A stretch of 64,000 nt of DNA from IMG/VR virus record IMGVR_UViG_3300025844_000016; one strand, given 5' to 3'. Source of the DNA: an uncultured virus (IMG/VR IMGVR_UViG_3300025844_000016). Taxonomy: Duplodnaviria > Heunggongvirae > Uroviricota > Caudoviricetes. The translations under genes and the position numbers were made by a program. Positions 19,188 to 28,510 of the stretch are shown piece after piece. A model generated the notes under the pieces. That model worked only from the letters and a program-made list of their open reading frames with translations, was not told the origin of the DNA and made no database searches. The first letter of the stretch is position 1. Each line of letters starts with the position of its first letter.

Positions 19188-22100
19188 ATGGGTCAACTTG
19201 TTACCACCATCGCCGGCGGCGTCATCGGCTTCTTGATCGGCGGCCCGATGGGCGCGTCGATCGGTATGGCACTTGGTGGTATGATTGGTGCTACCTTGTT
19301 CGGTCCGACCATCAAGGGACCGCGCCTCAACGATCTCAAGGTTTCCTCCTCGACCTACGGGATTGCGATCCCTGAAATCTACGGAACCGTTCGGCTCAGC
19401 ACGAACTTGATCTGGACAACCGGGATCAAGGAAACCAAGAAGACACGCCGCGCCGGTAAGGGTGGCCCGAAGATCGAAACCTACTCCTACGATGCTTCCT
19501 TTGCCCTAGGACTGTGTAAGGGCCCGATCCGGGAAGTTCTTCGTATCTGGGCTGACAGCAAGCTCATTTACGATGTCAGCAGCAATGGCACCCGTAACCC
19601 GCTCAACGCAGGTCAGTCAGGTATTCTCGCACCCATTCTTCTGTCCTTCCGAACCGGAAGCACAAAGAAGAAGCGGGTCAATATGCGTATCTACCTCGGT
19701 AACGAAGAGCAGCTTCCAGACTCCCTGATCGAAGCCGATAAGGGTGTTGGGAACGTCTCGGCTCATCGCGGCTTGGCTTATGTCGTGTTTGAGCGACTCC
19801 AGCTTGAGGATTTCGGTAACCGGATTCCCCAGTTCACAATGGAAGTCACTAAGGCTCCTGCCGAATCTTTTCCTTCTGTCGAAGTCAAAGAAGGACCGGC
19901 CGGCCCGGTAGAGCGGCCCGATGGACGATTCTGGTTTCCTGACTGGGAAAACGGCAAAGTCTATTCCAGCATCATCGGGGATGACACCACACAGGTGTTT
20001 GATCTCAATACCATGCAGCAAATGCAGAGTTGGTCGGGATCGGATATGTGGTTGACTAAACGCTATGGCTTTGCGCCTTGGGCTGGTATTTTCTTCGAGG
20101 ACGCCGGGTCTGGTAACTCGCGTCCATTAGCCATTTATAGCCTCAGCACTGGCGCTCGTATCAATCTTGTAGGTGTTGGTTCCCGCTCTCTGTCTGGATT
20201 TTATGTCCAGAGTGGACCGGACCAAGGTGCTTTAGCTATGGGTGCTAATTTTGGTAACCAAGCTACCGCAACCTTGGATGGGCGATACATCGTTCTGGCA
20301 GGGTGGACACGCGATAACTGGATCATCACACCGGGCGGGCAACCGGTGGGCTGGTATGAATCAGCTTGGTCTCCGCAACACTTGTTCCCAGCCCTTGGCT
20401 CTGTGTGGGGCTGGCGTAATGGAAACAACGGCCTCCAGATCGCTGACTTCTTGAGCGGTGGGATTGGAGGGTTTACCTTAGCTCCGCCTGATAATAACGG
20501 AAATGTCTTTTGGAGACAAGGTGGTAGCCTTGCTTTCAACACGACGTTGCGTCCGTTACCGGGTGAAACTTACATTGCATCGCTTTGTCTTTACGATCCA
20601 TCTGACGGACATTTTTTCTCTGTTGGTCGCTCGAACGATGGAACACGATCCATCGCTGTTGCATTCAAATATAATCCGCTAACGGGGTTATATAAATTCA
20701 TCAATGCCGACCCGGAAATCATAGTCCCAAGTGGCCCTATGCAATGGTCCCGCTTAAATGGTGGAACTTTTGGTTACATTGCTGATAGCCTTAACCGTAA
20801 CTTTAAAGTAAACTTGCAGCAGATCAGCCTACAGGATGGTTCGATCGTAAAAGACGTTCCTTATGGTAGCACTTGGGGTGGCCCTATCTATATCAGCGGT
20901 CGGCAATACTGGGATGATGTTAGCGGTAGTATTATCACTACAACCAGATACAATTTCCGTCGTATCTGGTTCAACGACAGTGCGAAAGCTGTCAGACTTT
21001 CTGATGTGGTCAGGGATATTGCTACGAAGTCCAACGTTCTGACTGTTGATGATGTTGACACCACCGGATTGTTCAACGAGGAGATCATTGGTTTTTCCAT
21101 TGATCGGCAATCGTCAGCAGCCGATGCTCTAAAGCAGTTGGCTACTGGTTATATGTTCGACGCGTTCGAGAGTGACTACAAGCTCAAGTTCCGGACGCGA
21201 GGACGCGACTCCGAAGTTGTCATTCCACAAGATTGGCTTGCTCGGCCGGGCGACGAGATGATCAAGGAGAACCTTGTTCAGGAACTTGAAATGCCTCTCA
21301 AGGTCACGGTGAACTACTATGATACTTCGCGTGATCACCAACAGGGATCGCAGTCGTCTCGCCGCAATTCCGGCCCATTTCCGACCATGTGGACGGCCAA
21401 GGAAGACATCATTGACTTGCCGCTGGTATGGACGCCGGATATGGCTAAGCAATCGGCTGACAAGCTTCTCAAGATGGCGTGGGCAAACCGCGTCGGACTG
21501 CAATTCAGCTTGCCGTGGCGCTACCTGAAATATGAGCCTTCGGACGTGATCACGATCACCACCGATAAGGCTGTCTATTTCACACGCTTGACTGAGGTTA
21601 CGATCGGGCAGGACTTCTCGATCGAAGCGTCCGGGGTGACTGAGAAAGCCAGCGCCTATGTCTCGACCAAAGTAGGTAGCCGGGTCGAATCCCCTGAGCA
21701 AACAATTGAAGATGGTTACCCAGCCTATCCGATCGTGATTAACACACCGTTATTGCGGGATGAAGATTACGACACAAGTGGTTCATCTGTATGTTTCGTT
21801 TCCGCTGGAACAAATGCCTTCACTTTCAGTGGAGCAGCAATCTATGTCTACGATGGTATCGAAGATCAGCGGATTGGGTTCATCGGAGCCGACACTACGC
21901 GTGGGGTGGTGATCAACGAACTCCCCTACACCACGGCTTACGAATCGACGGATGAAACTACTGTCTTGCGGGTAGTATTGAACAACCCCAACGATGAGCT
22001 TGAGTCTGTGACGCAACTAGACATGCTCAACTTCGACATGAACGCGGCCTTGGTTGGTGAGGAAGTCATTCAGTTCCGGGACGCTGTTCAGCAGCCCAAC

Positions 22101-22736
22101 GGTGAGTGGTGGCTGACCGGGCTCCGTCGGGCGCGACGCGGCACCAACTATGCGTTGCGTAGTCACAAGCCGAACGAACTCTTTCTGCTTCTGGAACCAC
22201 AGGCAATTACCTCGTTTGTCCGGCCGCCGGAATCCTACGTGACTACGACTGAGATCGTTGCTGTCACCGCTGGGCAGATTATTGCAGATGCAATCCCAGT
22301 CCGGGCAGACCTCCAGCCTCGCGATCTCATGCCTTACACCCCGGAAGACATCAAGATCGACGACGATGGTTCTGACATCACCATCATGGTTCAACGTCGT
22401 TCGCGGATTATTGCTCCGTTGCAGGATGGGATTAGCAACATCCACTTCAAGGAAGGTGCAAAGCAAACGTCCAAGATCGCCTGTCAGGTGTGGCCGGGTC
22501 GAGGCTTCGAGGTGATCGATACAAACCTCCCACCTACGCTGGTTGAGCATGTCCCGATCTTTGATTCCAACGGGCAAGACCTTCCGTTGGAAATCAGCTT
22601 CCCACTCTCGACACTGGGATCATCCACAAATTTTGTGGCCCGGATCACCGAACAAGGTGTGGTGGATGGCATCGCCAAGTGGATCGCTTTCGAGCGGGTA
22701 GGTGAGGGACGCTGGAACCAGACCGAATTTTATTGA
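19188..22736 (+). CDS. Central baseplate / tail spike protein (GTA megatron-like), copy 2
   Basis: 1182 aa full-length paralog of 15119..18718 with a diverged, AT-richer central domain. Confidence 0.85.
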   Translation: MGQLVTTIAGGVIGFLIGGPMGASIGMALGGMIGATLFGPTIKGPRLNDLKVSSSTYGIAIPEIYGTVRLSTNLIWTTGIKETKKTRRAGKGGPKIETYSYDASFALGLCKGPIREVLRIWADSKLIYDVSSNGTRNPLNAGQSGILAPILLSFRTGSTKKKRVNMRIYLGNEEQLPDSLIEADKGVGNVSAHRGLAYVVFERLQLEDFGNRIPQFTMEVTKAPAESFPSVEVKEGPAGPVERPDGRFWFPDWENGKVYSSIIGDDTTQVFDLNTMQQMQSWSGSDMWLTKRYGFAPWAGIFFEDAGSGNSRPLAIYSLSTGARINLVGVGSRSLSGFYVQSGPDQGALAMGANFGNQATATLDGRYIVLAGWTRDNWIITPGGQPVGWYESAWSPQHLFPALGSVWGWRNGNNGLQIADFLSGGIGGFTLAPPDNNGNVFWRQGGSLAFNTTLRPLPGETYIASLCLYDPSDGHFFSVGRSNDGTRSIAVAFKYNPLTGLYKFINADPEIIVPSGPMQWSRLNGGTFGYIADSLNRNFKVNLQQISLQDGSIVKDVPYGSTWGGPIYISGRQYWDDVSGSIITTTRYNFRRIWFNDSAKAVRLSDVVRDIATKSNVLTVDDVDTTGLFNEEIIGFSIDRQSSAADALKQLATGYMFDAFESDYKLKFRTRGRDSEVVIPQDWLARPGDEMIKENLVQELEMPLKVTVNYYDTSRDHQQGSQSSRRNSGPFPTMWTAKEDIIDLPLVWTPDMAKQSADKLLKMAWANRVGLQFSLPWRYLKYEPSDVITITTDKAVYFTRLTEVTIGQDFSIEASGVTEKASAYVSTKVGSRVESPEQTIEDGYPAYPIVINTPLLRDEDYDTSGSSVCFVSAGTNAFTFSGAAIYVYDGIEDQRIGFIGADTTRGVVINELPYTTAYESTDETTVLRVVLNNPNDELESVTQLDMLNFDMNAALVGEEVIQFRDAVQQPNGEWWLTGLRRARRGTNYALRSHKPNELFLLLEPQAITSFVRPPESYVTTTEIVAVTAGQIIADAIPVRADLQPRDLMPYTPEDIKIDDDGSDITIMVQRRSRIIAPLQDGISNIHFKEGAKQTSKIACQVWPGRGFEVIDTNLPPTLVEHVPIFDSNGQDLPLEISFPLSTLGSSTNFVARITEQGVVDGIAKWIAFERVGEGRWNQTEFY

Positions 22737-22761
22737 CATCCAGCGACATTTTGACTATACA
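22733..22761 (+). promoter_or_regulatory. Sigma70-like promoter with conserved spacer box
   Basis: TTGACA (contains TGA stop) - tccagcgacattttgac (17 nt) - TATACA. Confidence 0.7.
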
Positions 22762-22784
22762 CTGTCGCCTCATAGAGAGCCCTA

Positions 22785-25700
22785 ATGCCCAGCACACCCA
22801 TCCTCGGTATCACGCAGGTTTCGACTTCTCAGAACGGGAAAGAGACCACGATCAACGACGCGATCATCGCGTTGGAAAACGCGACCAACGCAAAGTTGGC
22901 CGTGTCGATGGCTGCTGGTAACGTTACTCTGAGCGTCCCCGAAGCAACACGGAACTTCATTTTCACAGCCGCCGGGGCAACAGAAGCCAGTGAGTTGCTT
23001 TTTCCGATCGAGGTCAACGGTAACCCATACAATCGTGTGATCGTGGTTCGGAATGTTAGCGGCCACGGCCTTACCGTTCGCTTTGTTTCGGGTGGTGGTG
23101 ATACCGTCACGATCCCGAACGGAGAGTCGCGCCTGATCAGTGCCGCTGATGGGCTCGACATGAGCGTTGCGGCTGAACCGCCGAGCGTCATTACGTTTCT
23201 GTCCCTGACTGATGCCCCTGAGACTTTCACCGGTCAGACTGGGAAGTTTTTGTCCGTCAACGAGACCGAAACCGCTCTGGAGTTCACGGACGCCGCTGTG
23301 TTCCCGACACTCGCAGGTAACGCTAACCGATTCTTGAAAGTCAATTCCGGAGCCACCGGTGTCGAGTGGTCAGAAATTGATTTTGCTGGTGCTTTCACAG
23401 AGCTATCCGACACACCGGCCAGCTATGCTGGGCAAGGTGGAAAGCTCGTTAGGGTAAATGATCTTGCCACTGGCCTTGAGTTCGTGGAAGCGTCGGACGC
23501 CGAAGCGGTCAACTTCCAAGAAGCCAGCCGCTGGCGCATCCTCCTGCTTGAGCCGGGTGTGTGGCCTGAGAACCCTCCGGGTGTGGAGCCGGGAGACCCT
23601 GAGTTCATTGAGCAGACCGATCAGGTAGGCTTCGGTGAAGTCGAGTTCTTGGATCAGGATGGAATCGATCTCACCGGGACCGGGACCGCTACGGCTTCCA
23701 ACTTCCTGACGGGAAACGAACCGAGCCGGGCATTCAACAACAACACTGACCCGGCTGACGGCTGGCTGACCGAAGCCACCTACGTCGGTGAAGTCTGGAT
23801 CGAATACGACTTTGGGGCTCCTGTGGCTCCGCGCCGCGTTCGGCTGTCTTCGATCGACTCCTTCCCGCAATACGGCACCACACGCTTCCTGATCCAGTAT
23901 TGGGACGGAAGCGCTTGGATCAGCTTAGGTGACCGCTCGCCGGCACCTTGGGAATCTGGGGTTCCCCAGACGTTCAAGATCAATGGTATCCCGCTGGACT
24001 TCCTTGAGGAAGCCCCGTCGAACGGATCGCTGTATGGTCGGATCGACGGCGAGTGGTTGAAGATCAACGCCGAGGTCGTTTCAGACAACACGACCACCAG
24101 CAATCTCGATGCTTCTCAGACCTTCCAGTATCGGCGCTACATCAACGAAGGCACCAAGACACTCAATATCCGAGCGAACATCGATCATCCGACTCCAGCG
24201 GATGGTGAGTGGTATGTCTACGTGGCGGTCGGAGCCGCCTTGAGCATTGTCCCGGCACCGGGCGTAACAGTGAATGCACCGGCCGGTGGATCGCTCATTG
24301 TGCCCTTAAATGGCACCGTGCGGATCAAGCGCGTAGCTGTCGATGTCTACGATGTGTTTGGCGACACTGTGTCGTCAGGCGGCGTGGGCGCGGAAGATAT
24401 TCCGCCGATCATCGGTAATGAGAACAAGCTACTGGCGGTCAAGCCGGATGCCAGTGGTATCGAATGGATTACACCGCCGGTTACTTACACCGACGAGAAC
24501 GCCCGCGATGCGCTGGCAACAGCTTTGGTGGCCGGCACCAACGTTACGATCGTCAACAACGATGCGGCAAACACGATCACCATCTCGGCTGCTTCGATCG
24601 GTCTGGATGCCGAACAGGTTCGGGATACGATAGGAGCGGCGCTACGCGCCGGGACAAACCTGTCGTGGTCGATCAATGATGCTGGGGATACGATCACGAT
24701 CTCGACTAGTGCGTTGGATGCCGAAGGGGTTCGCGACACTATCGGTGCGTCTCTCGTGGCCGGTGCCAACATGGCGATCAGCGTCAATGACGCGGCGAAC
24801 ACTATCTCGCTTGCTGCGACGATGGACACCGAGGTCATTCAAGACATCGTAGCGGACACCTTGGTGGCCGGCTCGAACACCTTGATCACCTATGACGACG
24901 TGACCGGAACCATCACGATAGACTCGCTCGGAGGCGGGGGCGGAGGAGGTCTGGACGCTGAGCAAGTCCGCGATGTGGTTGGCGCTACGCTGGCCGCTGG
25001 GAACAATATCACGATCAACGTGAACGACGCAGCCGACACGATTACGATCGACTCGACCACCGACCCGGAAGTTGTCCGGGACACGATCTCTTCCGCTCTG
25101 GTCGCGGGCTCGAACGTTACGATCGTCCACAACGACGCAGCGAACACCATCACCGTTTCGGTGGCGATGGATCAGGAAGTCATTCGCGACACGATTGGTT
25201 CCGCCTTGGTGGCTGGTGATGGCATCACCATCACACCGAACGACGCGGGAAATACCATCACAATCACCGCGACTGGCGGGGGCGGGGGAGGCTCGACCGA
25301 CCCGGAAATCGTGCGTGATGTGATTGGGACCGCGCTGGTGGCCGGTGCCAATGTCACGATCACTGTAAATGATCTAGGCGATACGATCACCATCGCAGCA
25401 TCCGGCGGTCTGGATGCCGAAGCGGTGCGCGACACGATCGGTGCTACGCTGGTGGCTGGCACGAACATCACTGTCGATGTCAACGATGCGGCCAACACGA
25501 TCACGATCAGTTCGGCGACAAACCCGGAAACGATCCGAGACACCATGGCTTCGGCTCTGGTGGCCGGGGCTAACATCACCATTACCCCGAACGACGCGGC
25601 TGATACGATCACGATCACGGCCGCTTCGGACCCTGAGTTCGTCCGGGACACCATCGCTACCGCGCTGGTGGCGGGAAGCAACATCCTGATCACCCACGAT

Positions 25701-27476
25701 GATGTGGCGAACACGATCACAGTTGATTCCTTAATCGCGGACGGAAGCACGTTCACGATCGATGAGAACCCGTGGAAATATGGTCAACGCTGGGAGCCCG
25801 GCGCTGAAATCACCTTCTCCGGACTGGGGGGGGGAAATATCTCAGCATCGTTTGATACGATGCCACGGAATGATTTTTACTTCTCAAGCTCTTCTGGATC
25901 ACAGATCGTCAAGATCGATTTCGGATCGGGTGATACCAAGATCATTCAAGGGTTTCGCATTTTCCAAAATAACGGTGTTTCTCAGGGAACGTGGAGCTTC
26001 CAAGGGAGCAACGATGACGTTAACTGGGTAGACGTTGATGCTGGTTGGGACTGGACCCCTATCACTGTCGCCGGCCTTGTCTACCTTGAACGTGAGTTCG
26101 CCAATTTGGCGGCTTTCAGATATTATCGATTCACCAAGACAGCGGGAAGCACTTCCAACTCTCCCTACGTTAATTGGTTTCAGTTCCGCTACGCTCAGAC
26201 CTATTTCAGCGGCGGTAATGGCGCTGTAGGGATCGACGACGAAGGCGTTGAGGTCGTCCCTGAGGCAGCCCGCATAAACTTCGTTGGTGCCGGGGTAACT
26301 GTCACTGACGCTGGTAGTGGTCAGGTAGAAGTCAACATCCCCGGTGGAGGCGGGGGCGGCGGCGGCGGCGCTGTGGCGATCGAAGATGAAGGGGTGGAAG
26401 TCATCTCCGAGGCTTCGCGCCTGAACTTTACCGGCGACGGTGTTACCGTTACCGATTCAGGTGCAGGTGAAGTCGAGATCAACGTCACCGGTGGTTCCGG
26501 CGGTGGGGTTGTAGGTAGCTCTTTGGCGAACCCACCTAGTATCCGGGCAACCAGCGCGGCACAGGCTTTCAACGCAAATTCCGTTGTGGTCAATTGGCCG
26601 AGCGGGACGGTGGCTGGTGATTTGGTTCTTATTTTCACAGGACATGGCTGGGAAACCTTAGCACCTGTTGGTTGGTCACAATACGCAAACCTTATTGGAA
26701 CAGGATCAAACGGTGCTGTGCTTGGACGCATCATGACACCTGCTGATATATCGTCCGGGTCTGTGACCGTAACTTTTGGAGGCTCGTTCAACGGCGTGGT
26801 CCAAGCAGTCAGCATCGTTGGTAGCACAGTGGCCGGTATTCGCAGCGTAACTGGGTTCCGAAGTGGTTCGGCTGCATCTACCATTCCTTTGAATGGTGAT
26901 AGTTCTTCTGACCGAGATTTGGCACTTGGTTTTGCCTTCAATCGAGCAGCTTCAAACAACAGCTTACCAGCAAACTGGACGACATTGGCGTCTGTCAACG
27001 CCGCTAATGGCTCAAGCGTTTTTGGTCGTATTTCGAACAACCCACCGGTCATAATCCAAGACAACGCCACTTCTTCCGCCACCGGCCCCGGACGATACTC
27101 AGCAGTTGTCTCTCTAATTGGTGTGGTGACCTCCACCTTATTGGACTTCGATATTTCTTCGTATTTCCAAGGTGTTCCTCCGGGTCTTTTCGAAGTGTTC
27201 ACCTACACCGCTACACGGGACTTCACGCTCCCAATCAATTTCGAAGGATCGTTCGCTTACGCAAATATCACACCCATCGGTCCTGTGACTTTCCAGATCA
27301 AGAAGAATGACACGGTTATCGGAACCGTAAGCTTCGCTTTTGGAGAAAATACAGGAACATTCGTAGCCGCTGAGGGTGCATCGTTTGTTGCTGGAGACCG
27401 TTTGTCAGTGGTTAGTCCATCTGATGTTAGTGAATTAGCTAACCTTTCGGTGAGTTTCGCAGGAACAAGAGTATGA
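22785..27476 (+). CDS. Long multidomain tail fibre
   Basis: 1563 aa: DUF2793-like anchor, two discoidin/F5-8-like segments (WIEYDFGAPV; KIDFGSG..WSFQGSND..W), 11 tandem ~36-aa repeats, Gly linkers. Confidence 0.8.
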   Translation: MPSTPILGITQVSTSQNGKETTINDAIIALENATNAKLAVSMAAGNVTLSVPEATRNFIFTAAGATEASELLFPIEVNGNPYNRVIVVRNVSGHGLTVRFVSGGGDTVTIPNGESRLISAADGLDMSVAAEPPSVITFLSLTDAPETFTGQTGKFLSVNETETALEFTDAAVFPTLAGNANRFLKVNSGATGVEWSEIDFAGAFTELSDTPASYAGQGGKLVRVNDLATGLEFVEASDAEAVNFQEASRWRILLLEPGVWPENPPGVEPGDPEFIEQTDQVGFGEVEFLDQDGIDLTGTGTATASNFLTGNEPSRAFNNNTDPADGWLTEATYVGEVWIEYDFGAPVAPRRVRLSSIDSFPQYGTTRFLIQYWDGSAWISLGDRSPAPWESGVPQTFKINGIPLDFLEEAPSNGSLYGRIDGEWLKINAEVVSDNTTTSNLDASQTFQYRRYINEGTKTLNIRANIDHPTPADGEWYVYVAVGAALSIVPAPGVTVNAPAGGSLIVPLNGTVRIKRVAVDVYDVFGDTVSSGGVGAEDIPPIIGNENKLLAVKPDASGIEWITPPVTYTDENARDALATALVAGTNVTIVNNDAANTITISAASIGLDAEQVRDTIGAALRAGTNLSWSINDAGDTITISTSALDAEGVRDTIGASLVAGANMAISVNDAANTISLAATMDTEVIQDIVADTLVAGSNTLITYDDVTGTITIDSLGGGGGGGLDAEQVRDVVGATLAAGNNITINVNDAADTITIDSTTDPEVVRDTISSALVAGSNVTIVHNDAANTITVSVAMDQEVIRDTIGSALVAGDGITITPNDAGNTITITATGGGGGGSTDPEIVRDVIGTALVAGANVTITVNDLGDTITIAASGGLDAEAVRDTIGATLVAGTNITVDVNDAANTITISSATNPETIRDTMASALVAGANITITPNDAADTITITAASDPEFVRDTIATALVAGSNILITHDDVANTITVDSLIADGSTFTIDENPWKYGQRWEPGAEITFSGLGGGNISASFDTMPRNDFYFSSSSGSQIVKIDFGSGDTKIIQGFRIFQNNGVSQGTWSFQGSNDDVNWVDVDAGWDWTPITVAGLVYLEREFANLAAFRYYRFTKTAGSTSNSPYVNWFQFRYAQTYFSGGNGAVGIDDEGVEVVPEAARINFVGAGVTVTDAGSGQVEVNIPGGGGGGGGGAVAIEDEGVEVISEASRLNFTGDGVTVTDSGAGEVEINVTGGSGGGVVGSSLANPPSIRATSAAQAFNANSVVVNWPSGTVAGDLVLIFTGHGWETLAPVGWSQYANLIGTGSNGAVLGRIMTPADISSGSVTVTFGGSFNGVVQAVSIVGSTVAGIRSVTGFRSGSAASTIPLNGDSSSDRDLALGFAFNRAASNNSLPANWTTLASVNAANGSSVFGRISNNPPVIIQDNATSSATGPGRYSAVVSLIGVVTSTLLDFDISSYFQGVPPGLFEVFTYTATRDFTLPINFEGSFAYANITPIGPVTFQIKKNDTVIGTVSFAFGENTGTFVAAEGASFVAGDRLSVVSPSDVSELANLSVSFAGTRV
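24486..25735 (+). repeat. 11 tandem ~36-43 aa repeats in the tail fibre shaft
   Basis: Consensus D(A/P)E.VRDTI(G/A).ALVAG.N.TI..NDAA(N/D)TITI counted 11 times in the translation. Confidence 0.85.
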
Positions 27477-28510
27477 TTTACGAGTTAATTGGTTTTGACG
27501 AGTTCGAGACACTTGAAGATGTTCAAAGGACTTTTTCAACTGTAGGTGCAGGCTGCTCGTTGGTAACCGATACAGAATCTGGGAGAGGAAAAGCCCTCCG
27601 GATCGTTTCCGGTGGTGGCTCGGTTCTCGTCCCTGTATCCCCGCCGCCTTTGACAGTAATGGGTGCTTCTTTCCGTGTCCGTGTCATAAGCATGGAAAGT
27701 CAATCGAACCGACGCATCCTGTATCGCGTAGAGCGTGATGGTGTTGCTCAATACTCTTTACAGATGGATAACATCGGTAGACTTTATACGACCACAGCCG
27801 GTGGAACAGGTAATCCCAACGTGACATACCCTGTCCCGCTGGTTTTTGGGCAGTGGTATCATATCGAAGTCAAAGGTAGGTCAGCCGACTTCGGAGTCGA
27901 TGGTGGATTCTTTGAAGTAAAGCTCAACGGAAAAACCATCATTTACATCGAAAGAGACACAAACAACGTAAACGGTGCGGTTTCGGTGGATTCAGTGAGG
28001 CTAAACCTAGCTTTTGCTTTCGGTGGTGTGGTTGATATTGATGATATTACCTTATGGGATGAAACTGGTGACGAGAACAATGACTTCCTAGGGGATGTCG
28101 AAGTTGAGACTTTGTTCGCAAATGCGGACGGGACCATCACCGGGTGGACTCCCAACACCGGAACGGCGTGGGAAGCTGTGGACGATACCAGCGAGGATGG
28201 CGACACCACTTACATCTCAAGCTCAACTGTGGGGGGCTCAGCTTCCTTCGGAGTCACTGACTTAGCCAGCAACCCTACCGAGGTCTTGGCGGTGAAGGTC
28301 TTCGGTATAGCTCGTAAAGATGGATTAGGTGACCGGGCAATTAAGCTAGGTGTGGTCAGTAACGGGATCGTGTCGGAAGGTTTGGAGACAACATTATCGA
28401 CCAGCTATGGGCCTGTGATAGCTGTGTTCAATAGAGACCCTGATGGTGATGTAACTTGGACACCTCTTTCTGTAAATGCATTACAACCACGAGTTAGTTT
28501 GACACTATGA
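27473..28510 (+). CDS. Tail-associated protein with concanavalin/LamG-like domain
   Basis: 345 aa; GQWYHIEVK..G.FEVKLNG..IDDITLWD..NNDFLGD; AT-richer. Confidence 0.65.
   Translation: MIYELIGFDEFETLEDVQRTFSTVGAGCSLVTDTESGRGKALRIVSGGGSVLVPVSPPPLTVMGASFRVRVISMESQSNRRILYRVERDGVAQYSLQMDNIGRLYTTTAGGTGNPNVTYPVPLVFGQWYHIEVKGRSADFGVDGGFFEVKLNGKTIIYIERDTNNVNGAVSVDSVRLNLAFAFGGVVDIDDITLWDETGDENNDFLGDVEVETLFANADGTITGWTPNTGTAWEAVDDTSEDGDTTYISSSTVGGSASFGVTDLASNPTEVLAVKVFGIARKDGLGDRAIKLGVVSNGIVSEGLETTLSTSYGPVIAVFNRDPDGDVTWTPLSVNALQPRVSLTL

Noticed and set aside
15119..22736. Invertase-type (Gin/shufflon) tail switching
   Set aside because: Copies are in direct orientation, with no inverted crossover sites or site-specific recombinase in the window
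24486..25735. Tandem DNA repeats as a CRISPR array or DGR template
   Set aside because: Repeats are in-frame degenerate protein repeats without spacers; no reverse transcriptase or adenine-specific TR/VR pair seen
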